Shown here one piece after another: positions 47,466 to 56,465 of a DNA stretch of 59,553 nt (positions are counted from its first letter, which is position 1; every line of letters begins with the position of its first letter). Made by a program: the position numbers and the translations under genes. This DNA is from an uncultured Fusobacteriaceae bacterium (GTDB taxonomy: Bacteria > Fusobacteriota > Fusobacteriia > Fusobacteriales > Fusobacteriaceae): NCBI GenBank assembly GCA_964536535.1, contig CAZHXU010000001.1:1-59553 (forward strand). The letters are read 5' to 3'. The notes under the pieces are model-generated. The model made no database searches and had not been told where the DNA came from. It was given only the letters and a program-made list of their open reading frames with translations.

Positions 47466-48041
47466 TTATACTCTAAATATCCACATGTCATTTAGAGATA
47501 AAAATTCAGTCCAACTCTTTTTTTCTTTTGCCCAGTTATAAAATTTTTTCAATATTTCATTTTCCATATTCTTGTATCTGTACATAGATTCTAATGTAAT
47601 TGCTTCTATAAAAGAATCATTTCCTACTTCTACTCTTTTATTATCTAATATACTAACCCGTTTTATGCTTTCTTCATTTTTACTTATTTTTAATTCTATT
47701 CCATTTAGTACTTCTAATTTGGGTATGTGTGAGGAAAAAATAATAAATAAAATTAGTAATTGAAAATCTAAATCAGGTGATTGCAAAAACATACTCAGTT
47801 TATTTCTATAATATTTTCTTCCTTCATCAGATATACTATAAACTCGCCTTTGGCATTCAAGTGCAAAATCACCTTCATTTATAAAGCCATTTTCTTCAAG
47901 TGCATCAAGTCTTTTTTTTATATCCGATTCTCTATAAAATATCCATCTTGATAAATTAACAAATTTCGCAATTTCATCTATCCTTTTTTGATTAGCTGGA
48001 TGCTCTGCTAAAACCCCCAAAATAAATATGTCTATTTTCAT
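47466..48041 (-). CDS. PadR-like winged-helix transcription regulator
   Basis: ILGVLAEHPANQKRI..RLDALEENGFI..RRVYSISDEGRKYY resembles the PadR wHTH pattern. Confidence 0.55.
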   Translation of the reverse strand: MKIDIFILGVLAEHPANQKRIDEIAKFVNLSRWIFYRESDIKKRLDALEENGFINEGDFALECQRRVYSISDEGRKYYRNKLSMFLQSPDLDFQLLILFIIFSSHIPKLEVLNGIELKISKNEESIKRVSILDNKRVEVGNDSFIEAITLESMYRYKNMENEILKKFYNWAKEKKSWTEFLSLNDMWIFRV

Positions 48042-48209
48042 CTAAAAACCCCCACTTCCATTAATATCATTATATAATATTTTTTATTCAAAAACAAACA
48101 TTACTTTTTCACAGTGGGATTAATAGTTTTTTATCTAAAGTTTTTTTAGTTATATTAAAATTTAATCTAGATATTAACTATTTTTCTACTTTTAAAGTAG
48201 AAAATAAAT

Positions 48210-49574
48210 CTAATTTTTCATTGCTTGTATTGGTGGACTTACTTGTCCTCCTCTATCAATTAGTTTTTCACAATTTAATGAATTAATTGGCATAATATCT
48301 GCTTCTCCTAATAAACCACCAAAAACTACTCTTTCTCCTACACCTTTTCCAGGTACTGGAATCACACGTACTGCAGTAGTTTTATTATTTACCATTCCTA
48401 TAGCCATCTCATCAGCAATAAGACCTGATATTACATAATCAGGTGTATCTCCTGGAATAGCTATCATATCTAAACCTACTGAACACACACTTGTCATAGC
48501 TTCAAGTTTTTCTAAAGTTAAATATCCTTTACTAGCTGCAGCTATCATTCCTTGGTCTTCACTTACTGGAATAAATGCTCCTGTAAGACCACCTACTCTA
48601 CTTGCTCCCATAGCTCCACCTTTTTTTACTGCGTCATTTAGTATTGCAAGAGCAAAAGTTGTTCCATAAGCACCAACTGATTCTATTCCAAATTCTTCAA
48701 GAATATTTCCTACACTATCACCAACTGCTGGAGTTGGTGCAAGTGATAAATCAACTATACCAAAGTTTATTCCTAATTCTTTTGCAACTTCTTTTCCAAC
48801 TAATTCACCCATTCTAGTAATTTTAAAGCTAATTTTTTTTATTGTTTCAGTAACTTCTTCTATACTTGCTTTTTTATCTACTTTACTAAGAGCTGCTCTT
48901 ACTACTCCCGGTCCGCTTATTCCCAAATTAAGAACTACTTCTTGTTCGTTAACGCCGTGGAATGCTCCAGCCATAAAAGGGTTGTCAGATACTGCATTTG
49001 TAAATACAACAAATTTTGCTGCTCCTAAGCCATCTTGATCTTTTGTTTCTTCTGCAAGTTTTTTTACTGTTTGTCCCATTAATTTTATTGCATCCAAATT
49101 AATTCCAGCTTTTGTAGATCCTACATTAACAGAACTACATACTCTATCTGTTTCTTTAAGTGCTTTTGGTATACTTTCAATAAGATATTTATCTCCTTTT
49201 GTATATCCTTTTTCAACTAAAGCACTAAACCCACCAATAAAATCTATTCCTATTTTTTTTGCAGCTTTATCAAGTGCTTTTGCAAATATTGTATAGTCTG
49301 TTGCATCTGTAGCATTTCCAATAATAGCAATTGGAGTTACACTTACTCTTTTATTAACAATAGGTACTCCAAATTTTTTTGATACTCTATTTGCAACTTC
49401 TACCAATTCACTTCCGTATTTAACTATTTTATTATATATATTATCTGCTGTTTTATTTGCGTCTTTTTCTATACAGTCTAAAAGACTAATCCCCATAGTT
49501 ACAGTTCTTACATCTAAGTTTTGTGTATCAACCATTTTTATCGTTTCAAGTATCTCTGTTGGTAATAAATGCAT
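48210..49574 (-). CDS. UPF0210 (DUF711) family protein, function unknown
   Basis: 454 aa. [28 protein letters not shown]-terminus is typical of UPF0210. Follows an ACT protein, as is usual for this family. Confidence 0.8.
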   Translation of the reverse strand: MHLLPTEILETIKMVDTQNLDVRTVTMGISLLDCIEKDANKTADNIYNKIVKYGSELVEVANRVSKKFGVPIVNKRVSVTPIAIIGNATDATDYTIFAKALDKAAKKIGIDFIGGFSALVEKGYTKGDKYLIESIPKALKETDRVCSSVNVGSTKAGINLDAIKLMGQTVKKLAEETKDQDGLGAAKFVVFTNAVSDNPFMAGAFHGVNEQEVVLNLGISGPGVVRAALSKVDKKASIEEVTETIKKISFKITRMGELVGKEVAKELGINFGIVDLSLAPTPAVGDSVGNILEEFGIESVGAYGTTFALAILNDAVKKGGAMGASRVGGLTGAFIPVSEDQGMIAAASKGYLTLEKLEAMTSVCSVGLDMIAIPGDTPDYVISGLIADEMAIGMVNNKTTAVRVIPVPGKGVGERVVFGGLLGEADIMPINSLNCEKLIDRGGQVSPPIQAMKN

Positions 49575-49585
49575 ATCTCTCCCCC

Positions 49586-49864
49586 TTATATTCTGTGCAT
49601 AGCTTTAAAAATTTCTTCATGTTGAACATAGATTTTTACACCTAATTCAGCTTCTAACAATAACAAGTCACTTTGAAATTCTTCAAGAGTATATCTTCCA
49701 CTTTTACCCTCAATTAACATTATCATAGCAAATAACTCATCTTCAAATATCGTTTGAGTAATATCTACTATATTCGCTTCTAACTCATTCAATTTTTTAG
49801 ATACTCCCGCTACAATTCCAACTTTGTCTCTTCCTAATACTGTCACAATTACTCTTCCTTGCAT
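49586..49864 (-). CDS. ACT-domain protein (UPF0237 family)
   Basis: 92 aa; [43 protein letters not shown] before the ATG. Confidence 0.8.
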   Translation of the reverse strand: MQGRVIVTVLGRDKVGIVAGVSKKLNELEANIVDITQTIFEDELFAMIMLIEGKSGRYTLEEFQSDLLLLEAELGVKIYVQHEEIFKAMHRI

Positions 49865-49922
49865 AATATCCCTCCATTTTATAAATTAAACCCAGTGGTT
49901 TTTTTGCAGTTTTCTTTTTTAT

Positions 49923-50141
49923 AAAAATAAAAAAGAAGAGCCGTGCCCTCCTCTAGAGTATTGTAGAAAAAGACAGTTTTCCTGTCTTCTTCCCCTGTCC
50001 TTTTACCTGAGAGTGTTACTCCTTCGGTGCCATTTTGGTCTCTCCAGAGGCTCGTCCAGTAATGGTCCCATCCCTTAAAAGGATACCTGAAAGATTTACT
50101 TCTTCGGTGGTCTTTAGACACTCTCCCCTTACCTTCGTCCG
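49923..50141 (-). promoter_or_regulatory. Tandem glycine riboswitch (two aptamers) with terminator-type expression platform
   Basis: Minus-strand RNA. Aptamer 1: GGGGAGAGUGUCUAAAGACCACCGAAGAAGUAA..UUCAGGU..GGGAC. Aptamer 2: CUCUGGAGAGACCAAAAUGGCACCGAAGGAGUAACACUCUCAGGUAAAAGGACAGGGG. Both match the glycine riboswitch cores GGAGAG / CACCGAAGGAGxAA / CUCAGGxAAAAGGAC. Followed by AAGACAG-GAAAA-CUGUCUU-UUUCU and AGAGGAG-GGCACGG-CUCUUCU-UUUUUAUUUUU. Confidence 0.85.
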
Positions 50142-50154
50142 ATTTTATTTAATT

Positions 50155-50183
50155 ATTGTACTATTTTTATCATACACTGTCAA
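50155..50183 (-). promoter_or_regulatory. Consensus-like sigma70 promoter driving the glycine riboswitch
   Basis: Minus strand TTGACA (50183-50178), 17-nt spacer, TACAAT (50160-50155). Confidence 0.65.
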
Positions 50184-50184
50184 G

Positions 50185-51048
50185 TTACTTATTGAACAAA
50201 TATCTTACTTTTTCTTTTGTTTCAGCAAACAAACTCCAAAAAAAGTCGTCTTCTATACCTTCAGCTTCTTTTTCACTTACAAAATCAGAAATGTTAATCT
50301 CTTCTACTAATGAACCTTTATTAAATAGGGATAGTTTTGAAGTAGAAGAAAAAGCAATTCTATCATTCATACCACCTTTTATTTTATAATAACTTCTCAT
50401 ATCATTTGAGAAAAAATCTTTATAATACCATATACCATCTAAAGTTCTCATAACCAAACTTCCATTACTCGTCATATCTACATCTAAAAGTATATTTTCT
50501 GCTAATCTTCTTGTATTATCTATATTTAGAGAAATTTCTTTTACTAATTGTAAATTAAGAGTTCCTCCATCTTTTACTTTATCACTTGTGACTTTATAAA
50601 CTCTTGTTGTTGCAAATTGTCTAGTTAAAAAATAAATAAAACCATCATGATAAAATATTCCTTCTAAATCAAGAATTTTTCCCGAGGGGTATCTAATAGT
50701 TACAACATCTATATCATCACTATTAACAACTTTTCTATATGTTTTCGGTTTTTTTATTTTATACAATCTCATACCAATATTTTGATCATTATTAGCTGAT
50801 TCAAGGATAAATATATTCCCTTCATCATCTTCGGTAATATCTCTCCAGTTTTTTTGCAAAGTTCCCTTTAATCTTATTTTTCCATAAGTATCGTCTGAAA
50901 GGTAAAAATACAACAAACCTTCATTACCATTTCCTTTTTCTATAAACCAAAAGGTTGAATCATATCTTTTTGATTTAACTATTCCTTCTATATTGTCTGC
51001 ACATATTAATTCTAAAGATAAAATTAATAATATTATTAAAATCTTCAT
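50185..51048 (-). CDS. Secreted hypothetical protein
   Basis: Start placed at ATG 51048 (MKILIILLILSLELICADN signal peptide) after GGAGG. Beta-rich composition; no family recognised. Confidence 0.6.
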   Translation of the reverse strand: MKILIILLILSLELICADNIEGIVKSKRYDSTFWFIEKGNGNEGLLYFYLSDDTYGKIRLKGTLQKNWRDITEDDEGNIFILESANNDQNIGMRLYKIKKPKTYRKVVNSDDIDVVTIRYPSGKILDLEGIFYHDGFIYFLTRQFATTRVYKVTSDKVKDGGTLNLQLVKEISLNIDNTRRLAENILLDVDMTSNGSLVMRTLDGIWYYKDFFSNDMRSYYKIKGGMNDRIAFSSTSKLSLFNKGSLVEEINISDFVSEKEAEGIEDDFFWSLFAETKEKVRYLFNK

Positions 51049-51171
51049 TCTAACCTCCAAAAGATTCATTAAATAATATTAATTATATATTAAATTTTTT
51101 TTAAAAACAAGAAAAAAAGAGAATAATATTAGTATTTCTCACACTAAACTATTCTCTCTCTTATTCTACAA

Positions 51172-51588
51172 CTATTTTAAACTTCCACCTTGAAAATTTA
51201 ATTTGTATATTAACTTACTATTGTGATATATTTTTTCTTCTCCTTGAAAATAATCTACATCTCCTTTAACATTTAGTTTTGACTCATATGCTTCTTGAGA
51301 TATATCTTTTATTAAACCCAAATCACAACAACGATTTTTTATTACTTTTTCTAAAAACTCTTTAAAATCATCAGGAAGATTTTCACTAAGAGAAACTCCA
51401 TAATAATTTAAACCCCAAAGTAATTTATCACCTTTTTTTATTACTTCTTGACCTATACAGTCTTTGTTCATTTCAATAGTATTAATATATTCTAAATCTC
51501 CTTGTATATATTTAGTTATACCTTCTACTGAATATTTGTGTTCCTTTTTCACCATTTCTAAAAAGTTTTTTATCTCGATTATATTCAT
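51172..51588 (-). CDS. Hypothetical cytoplasmic protein
   Basis: Start placed at ATG 51588 (MNIIEIKNF) after AAGGAGGGGG. No family recognised with confidence. Confidence 0.5.
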   Translation of the reverse strand: MNIIEIKNFLEMVKKEHKYSVEGITKYIQGDLEYINTIEMNKDCIGQEVIKKGDKLLWGLNYYGVSLSENLPDDFKEFLEKVIKNRCCDLGLIKDISQEAYESKLNVKGDVDYFQGEEKIYHNSKLIYKLNFQGGSLK

Positions 51589-51827
51589 AGATATCAACCC
51601 CCTCCTTTTCTTTACCATCACCTAAGAATATTTTACAATATTTTTACAAAAAAATAAAGCATTTGAGAAAAAAAAAACAAAATTTTAATTTTTCTTAAAT
51701 ATTTTTTAGTTTCTAAAAAGAAGTTTATTATCTATTTTAAAAAGACTTTTTTATACTACGTCTTTTTATTTGATTATTTTCTAAACTTTTGATTATCTTT
51801 ATTAGTGAATAAAATAACTAAATTAAA

Positions 51828-52166
51828 CTAAATTAAGCATGTTCTTCTTATGAATTTTTCAACTGATTCATAAGTGCCAACACCTGTTTTTATATCCATC
51901 AAAATGCCATTACTAAAAAGGATTAGCGTTGGTAAAGCCCTTATCATGAAGCCTTTTACTATCATCGGACTTTTTTCTCCGTCTAATTTATATATCTTTA
52001 ATTTATCTTCTAATTCTCCCAATACTCTTTCCATTACTTCTTCACCTTCTACTGAATGTTTGTCTCCATCTAGATATAGGTATAAAATTACTAGTCCTTC
52101 GTTACCATATATTTTTTCATTAAATTCTTCTTCTACCATAGAAGAAATTTTTTTTCTTTTTTCCAT
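51828..52166 (-). CDS. Thioredoxin-fold-like protein lacking the CxxC motif
   Basis: 112 aa. GLVILYLYLDGDKHS..IYKLDGEKSP..FMIRALPTLILFSNG follows the thioredoxin beta-alpha-beta pattern, with DGDKH where WCGPC would be. Confidence 0.45.
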   Translation of the reverse strand: MEKRKKISSMVEEEFNEKIYGNEGLVILYLYLDGDKHSVEGEEVMERVLGELEDKLKIYKLDGEKSPMIVKGFMIRALPTLILFSNGILMDIKTGVGTYESVEKFIRRTCLI

Positions 52167-52226
52167 TTTTACCTCACACTTTTGTATTATTTATATTAAA
52201 AAAGTTGACCTTTTGGTCAACTTTTA

Positions 52227-52685
52227 TTAATCTATCAAGAATAATTTATCGCCTTTTTTAACTGCACTACCGTCAGTTAACAATGCTTTTGTAATAGTTC
52301 CACTTTTATCAGCTTTGATTTCATTCATCATCTTCATAGCTTCTACTATACAAAGTACTTGTCCTTCTACTACGTTATCTCCTACATTTACAAATACATC
52401 TGCATCTGGAGATGGTTTTGCATAAAATGTTCCTACCATTGGAGAACAAATTGCATGTGAATTACTTGTATCTTCTTCTGGAGTTTCAACATTTGCAGCA
52501 ACTTTTGCTTGAGTATGTTGTACATGATGTTGTACTGGTACGTGAACAGGATTTGCTACTACCGGTACATCTTCTCCTCTTTTCAACTTAAGCTTAACTT
52601 CTTCACTTTCAAAAGCAAATTCAGTAATGTCATTTTCCTCTAAGCTTTTTACTAATGTTTTTAAAGTTTCAATATCAAATTTCAT
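52227..52685 (-). CDS. accB: Biotin carboxyl carrier protein (AccB-type)
   Basis: Start placed at ATG 52685 (MKFDIETLKTLVKSLEENDITEF) after GGGGGAAG. Pro/Val/His-rich linker; biotinylation motif CIVEAMKMMNEI. Confidence 0.85.
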   Translation of the reverse strand: MKFDIETLKTLVKSLEENDITEFAFESEEVKLKLKRGEDVPVVANPVHVPVQHHVQHTQAKVAANVETPEEDTSNSHAICSPMVGTFYAKPSPDADVFVNVGDNVVEGQVLCIVEAMKMMNEIKADKSGTITKALLTDGSAVKKGDKLFLID

Positions 52686-52704
52686 ATCTTCCCCCTGCTT
52701 TTTG

Positions 52705-53145
52705 TTAGTTATTTCCAATAATTCTAAGGTCTCTAACACCTTGGATTCCTCTTATTGCTTCTAATCCTGCTTCAACATCTCTAAGTCTTTCTTCTTTTGT
52801 TTGAATAGAAAGTGTAGCTTCTGCAATTCCATCAACAGGTATATTTTGAATAATAGTTAAAATATTCATATTAGAACCTGAAATTGCATTTAGTATTTTA
52901 GCAAGGACACCTGGATGGTCATCCATACAAAGATACAAACTAAATACAGTATCTCTCCCACCTTCAAAAAATGGTTTAATATAATCTTTATATTTGTAAT
53001 AAGTACTTCTACTTATCCCAATTCTTTTTATAGCTTCATATTTTGAGATATTCTCTTGCTGTATCAAATCATTTACTTCTATTACTTTTTGTATAGATGT
53101 AGGTAGAATCTGTCTATCTACAATATAAAATTCTCTCTTTGACAT
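52705..53145 (-). CDS. UPF0735 ACT-domain protein (PheB-like)
   Basis: MSKREFYIVDRQILP..STYYKYKD HTH-like N-terminus plus ACT domain LCMDDHPGVLAKILNAISGSNMNILTI. ATG 53145 after AAGGTGA. Confidence 0.75.
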   Translation of the reverse strand: MSKREFYIVDRQILPTSIQKVIEVNDLIQQENISKYEAIKRIGISRSTYYKYKDYIKPFFEGGRDTVFSLYLCMDDHPGVLAKILNAISGSNMNILTIIQNIPVDGIAEATLSIQTKEERLRDVEAGLEAIRGIQGVRDLRIIGNN

Positions 53146-53285
53146 AATAATCACCTTTATTTAGTATTCATATTCCATACAATAATAACATTTTTTTGTT
53201 ATAATTTCAAGAGAGAGCCTATTTTTTTATTATAGACATCATGTTACAAATAATTTATTAAATAATACCTGTAATATTATTCTTT

Positions 53286-53307
53286 ATTTAAAAGGGTCCG
53301 AAGACCC
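53286..53307 (-). terminator. Intrinsic terminator after ychF
   Basis: Minus strand GGGTC-TTCG-GACCC followed by TTTTAAAT. Confidence 0.6.
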
Positions 53308-53324
53308 ACTCAAATCATTTTTAA

Positions 53325-54419
53325 TTATACATTAAATAAGAATTCCATAAGGTCTCCATCTTTTACAATGTATTCCTTACCTTCTAATCTTAGCACTCCT
53401 ACTTCTTGAGCACCTTTCCAACCTTTATTAGTTATAAAGTCATCAAAACCAACAACTTTTGCCCTAATAAATCCTTTTTCAAAATCAGTATGGATTTCTC
53501 CAGCTGCTTTAGGAGCTGTATCTCCTATTCTTATTGTCCAAGCTCTTACTTCTTTCACACCTGCTGTAAAATAAGTTTGTAATCCTAATAATTTAAATCC
53601 AGCTCTAATAAGTCTATTAAGTCCTGGCTCTTCTACTCCAAGTTCTTCAAGGAACATTCCTTTATCTTCTTCTTCCATTTCAGAAAGTTCAGCTTCTACT
53701 TTTGCAGAAACTATTACAACTTCCGATTCTAATTCTTTTGCATACTCTCTTACTTTTTCTACATATTCATTTCCTGTAGCCAAATCATCTTCTGAAACAT
53801 TTGCAGCAAACATCATTGGTTTAAGAGTTAAGAATTGGTAACCTTTTATAAGTGTAAATTCATCTGTAGTAAACTCTAAAGTTTTTAAAAGTTTCATTTC
53901 TTCTAAGTGATTTTTACATTTTTCAAGTACTGGCATTAATGCTAAAGCTTCTTTATTTTTTCCTCTTACTAATTTTCCTTGTTTTTCTATTGCTCTTTCA
54001 ACTGCTTCAAGGTCAGAAAAAATAAGTTCTCCATTAATTACTTCTATATCTCTAATTGGATCTACAGACCCATCAACATGGACTATATTTCCATCTTCAA
54101 AACATCTTACAACTTGGCATATAGCTGCTGTATTTCTTATGTTACTTAGGAATTTATTTCCTAATCCTTCACCTTTACTTGCTCCTTTTACAAGACCTGC
54201 AATATCAACAAATTCAACTGTTGCAGCAAGTGTCTTTTGTGGTTTAATTATCTCTGCTAATTTATCTAATCTAGAATCTGGTACAGTTACCATTCCTACA
54301 TTTGGTTCTATTGTACAAAATGGGTAGTTAGCCGCTTCTGCTGCTCCCGCTTTTGTTATAGCATTAAATAGAGTCGATTTCCCTACATTTGGTAATCCTA
54401 CTATTCCTATTCCGATCAT
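53325..54419 (-). CDS. ychF: Ribosome-binding ATPase YchF
   Basis: [27 protein letters not shown]-terminal TGS-like [29 protein letters not shown]. Confidence 0.95.
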   Translation of the reverse strand: MIGIGIVGLPNVGKSTLFNAITKAGAAEAANYPFCTIEPNVGMVTVPDSRLDKLAEIIKPQKTLAATVEFVDIAGLVKGASKGEGLGNKFLSNIRNTAAICQVVRCFEDGNIVHVDGSVDPIRDIEVINGELIFSDLEAVERAIEKQGKLVRGKNKEALALMPVLEKCKNHLEEMKLLKTLEFTTDEFTLIKGYQFLTLKPMMFAANVSEDDLATGNEYVEKVREYAKELESEVVIVSAKVEAELSEMEEEDKGMFLEELGVEEPGLNRLIRAGFKLLGLQTYFTAGVKEVRAWTIRIGDTAPKAAGEIHTDFEKGFIRAKVVGFDDFITNKGWKGAQEVGVLRLEGKEYIVKDGDLMEFLFNV

Positions 54420-54744
54420 AGTCTTCCTCCTATAAAAACATTTCCACTCATTTTATCATACCTAATAAAATTTGTAAATAAAATATACTTGTCTTTAAAG
54501 GTAATTATTATATTAAATAAGCTTATTAGATTAGCATAAAAATCTGTTTTTATAGATTTTTATTATTCGAAAACTATTCTTTTTTTTCATTTGGAACCTA
54601 ATAAATATATCTAAAAGATTAAAATAAATAGTTCTTCTTTATATATTTTTCCAAAGAAAAAAATACTAAAAATTAAGATTCTTTTATTTGTATTTTCTAT
54701 AATTTTATATTATACTCTATATTACAACAATTAGGAGGTATAAG

Positions 54745-55119
54745 ATGGGATTAATGTCGGGTCTACTTGGAAATGCTAGCCAAATTAGCAATGAACAAGT
54801 TGAAAAAGATTATGGTTTATTGTTTATTGAAGGTGAAATTATCGAAACTGCTTTTTTACTTATCAGAGATGTATTTATCTTTACAAATAAAAGATTAATA
54901 TTAGTAGACAAACAAGGAATCACTGGTAAAAAAACTGAAGTTATGTCTATCCCATATGCAAAAATCAATACGTTTAGTGTTGAAACAGCTGGTCATTTGG
55001 ATTTAGATGCTGAACTTAAAATATGGATCTCTGGAGTTTCTTTGCCAATTAGTAAAAGATTTAACAAAAAAACAAATATTTATGACGTACAAAAAATACT
55101 TGCAACACATGTATTATAA
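54745..55119 (+). CDS. Bacterial PH-domain (YokE-like) protein
   Basis: 124 aa. LLGNAS...IIETAFLLIRDVFIFTNKRLILVDKQG..KTEVMSIPY pattern of bPH-type proteins. RBS AGGAGG. Confidence 0.6.
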   Translation: MGLMSGLLGNASQISNEQVEKDYGLLFIEGEIIETAFLLIRDVFIFTNKRLILVDKQGITGKKTEVMSIPYAKINTFSVETAGHLDLDAELKIWISGVSLPISKRFNKKTNIYDVQKILATHVL

Positions 55120-55127
55120 AGTAAACT

Positions 55128-55163
55128 GAGTTAGTTTTATAAGCTAACTCTTTTTATTTTTTT
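55128..55163 (+). terminator. Intrinsic terminator after the PH-domain gene
   Basis: GAGTTAG-loop-CTAACTC followed by TTTTTATTTTTTTT. Confidence 0.7.
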
Positions 55164-55195
55164 TAAAAAATAGTATAATACCTTCGAGGTGAAAT

Positions 55196-56386
55196 ATGAA
55201 GAAATTATATATATTTTTATTCTTTTCTATATTAATCTATGGAAAAAATGTTGTTTTATGGCATAGCTGGCAAGATAATAATAAAGAACTATTAGAACTA
55301 TTTATTGAAGAGTATAATGAATTAATGGTCGAAAAGGGAGAAAACACTATTATAAAAAGTTATTATTACCCCTTTGATCAATTATTAGAGAAGTATACTG
55401 AAACTACTTCTGCTTTTACTGGTCCTGATATACTAATTGGAAAACACGACTGGATTCCTTCTCTAAGTCTAAAAAAGAAGATAGAACCTCTTGACAATTA
55501 TTATACAAACAAGTATTTTTCTACATTTTTAAAAAATACTCTTAATCTAGGAAAATACAAAAATAATGTATATGGTATTCCACTAAAAGTAGATAATATA
55601 TTTGTTGTATATAACCCCAAATATTTTGAAGAAGAACCAAAAAACATAGATGATTATAGAAAAATTATGGAGCAATTACCAACTGGAATTAGTCCACTTA
55701 GTTACCAAGTAACTAATAGTTATTTCCATATTCCTCTTTTAACAAGTTTTAATGGTTCCTACTTAGGAAAACAAAATGAACTCCTTTTTACATCTGATGA
55801 GTTTTTAGATTCATTATACGCCCTTAGAGATTATCTACAAGAAGGTCTTATTAAAAATATTAGTTCTGAAGAATTACTTATTAACTCATTTAAAAATGGA
55901 ACTAGTGCAGCAATTATTACTGGACCTTGGGCACTTGATAAATTAAAAGATTCAAAATTTAAAATTGCTCTTTTACCCCAATTTAACTCTGAGTACAAAA
56001 CTTTATCGCCATTAAATGCTGATATACTTATGGTTTCAGAAAACAGCCCCTACAAAAGAGCATCTGTAGAGTTTATCGAATTTTTGACAACTTATAATAA
56101 CCAAATTAGATTAATAGACATAGGTCTTACTCCTACAGTCAAAGTAGATACTAGTTATATAAAAATACGTGAAGACGAAGAAAAATTAAGAAAAATATTA
56201 GAACAGTATAGTTATTCCTATTTATTGCCACATAGTCCAGAGATGACTTGGGCTGTATGGGATTATGCAAATTTACTTCTTGATAAAGTAGTTAAAGGAG
56301 AAGAATCTATCACTCGAGAAGTGTATAGAGCTGAAGCTGAAGCAAAAGAAATAATTCTATTGGAAAAAAATAACTTTTCAGAATAG
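55196..56386 (+). CDS. Extracellular solute-binding protein (family 1, sugar/maltodextrin-like), orphan
   Basis: Signal peptide MKKLYIFLFFSILIYG. VVLWHSW, PDILIGKHDWIP and GPWAL motifs are typical of MalE-like SBPs. No permease or ATPase adjacent. Confidence 0.7.
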   Translation: MKKLYIFLFFSILIYGKNVVLWHSWQDNNKELLELFIEEYNELMVEKGENTIIKSYYYPFDQLLEKYTETTSAFTGPDILIGKHDWIPSLSLKKKIEPLDNYYTNKYFSTFLKNTLNLGKYKNNVYGIPLKVDNIFVVYNPKYFEEEPKNIDDYRKIMEQLPTGISPLSYQVTNSYFHIPLLTSFNGSYLGKQNELLFTSDEFLDSLYALRDYLQEGLIKNISSEELLINSFKNGTSAAIITGPWALDKLKDSKFKIALLPQFNSEYKTLSPLNADILMVSENSPYKRASVEFIEFLTTYNNQIRLIDIGLTPTVKVDTSYIKIREDEEKLRKILEQYSYSYLLPHSPEMTWAVWDYANLLLDKVVKGEESITREVYRAEAEAKEIILLEKNNFSE

Positions 56387-56426
56387 AAATAATTTTTTTA
56401 TTTGTATACATAAAGTAGATAATATT

Positions 56427-56460
56427 AAAAGGACTAATAAAATTTAGTCCTTTTTTTTTA
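56427..56460. terminator. Bidirectional hairpin terminator with AGGACTA stem
   Basis: AAAAGGACTA-ATAAAATT-TAGTCCTTTTTTTTT between convergent genes. Confidence 0.75.
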
Positions 56461-56465
56461 TAAAT

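Noticed and set aside
49879-50121. 80-aa minus-strand ORF (MSKDHRRSKSFRYPFKGW...) in the ORF track
   Set aside because: It lies entirely inside the tandem glycine riboswitch. The open frame is a by-product of the locally GC-richer structured RNA, there is no RBS, and the composition is implausible.
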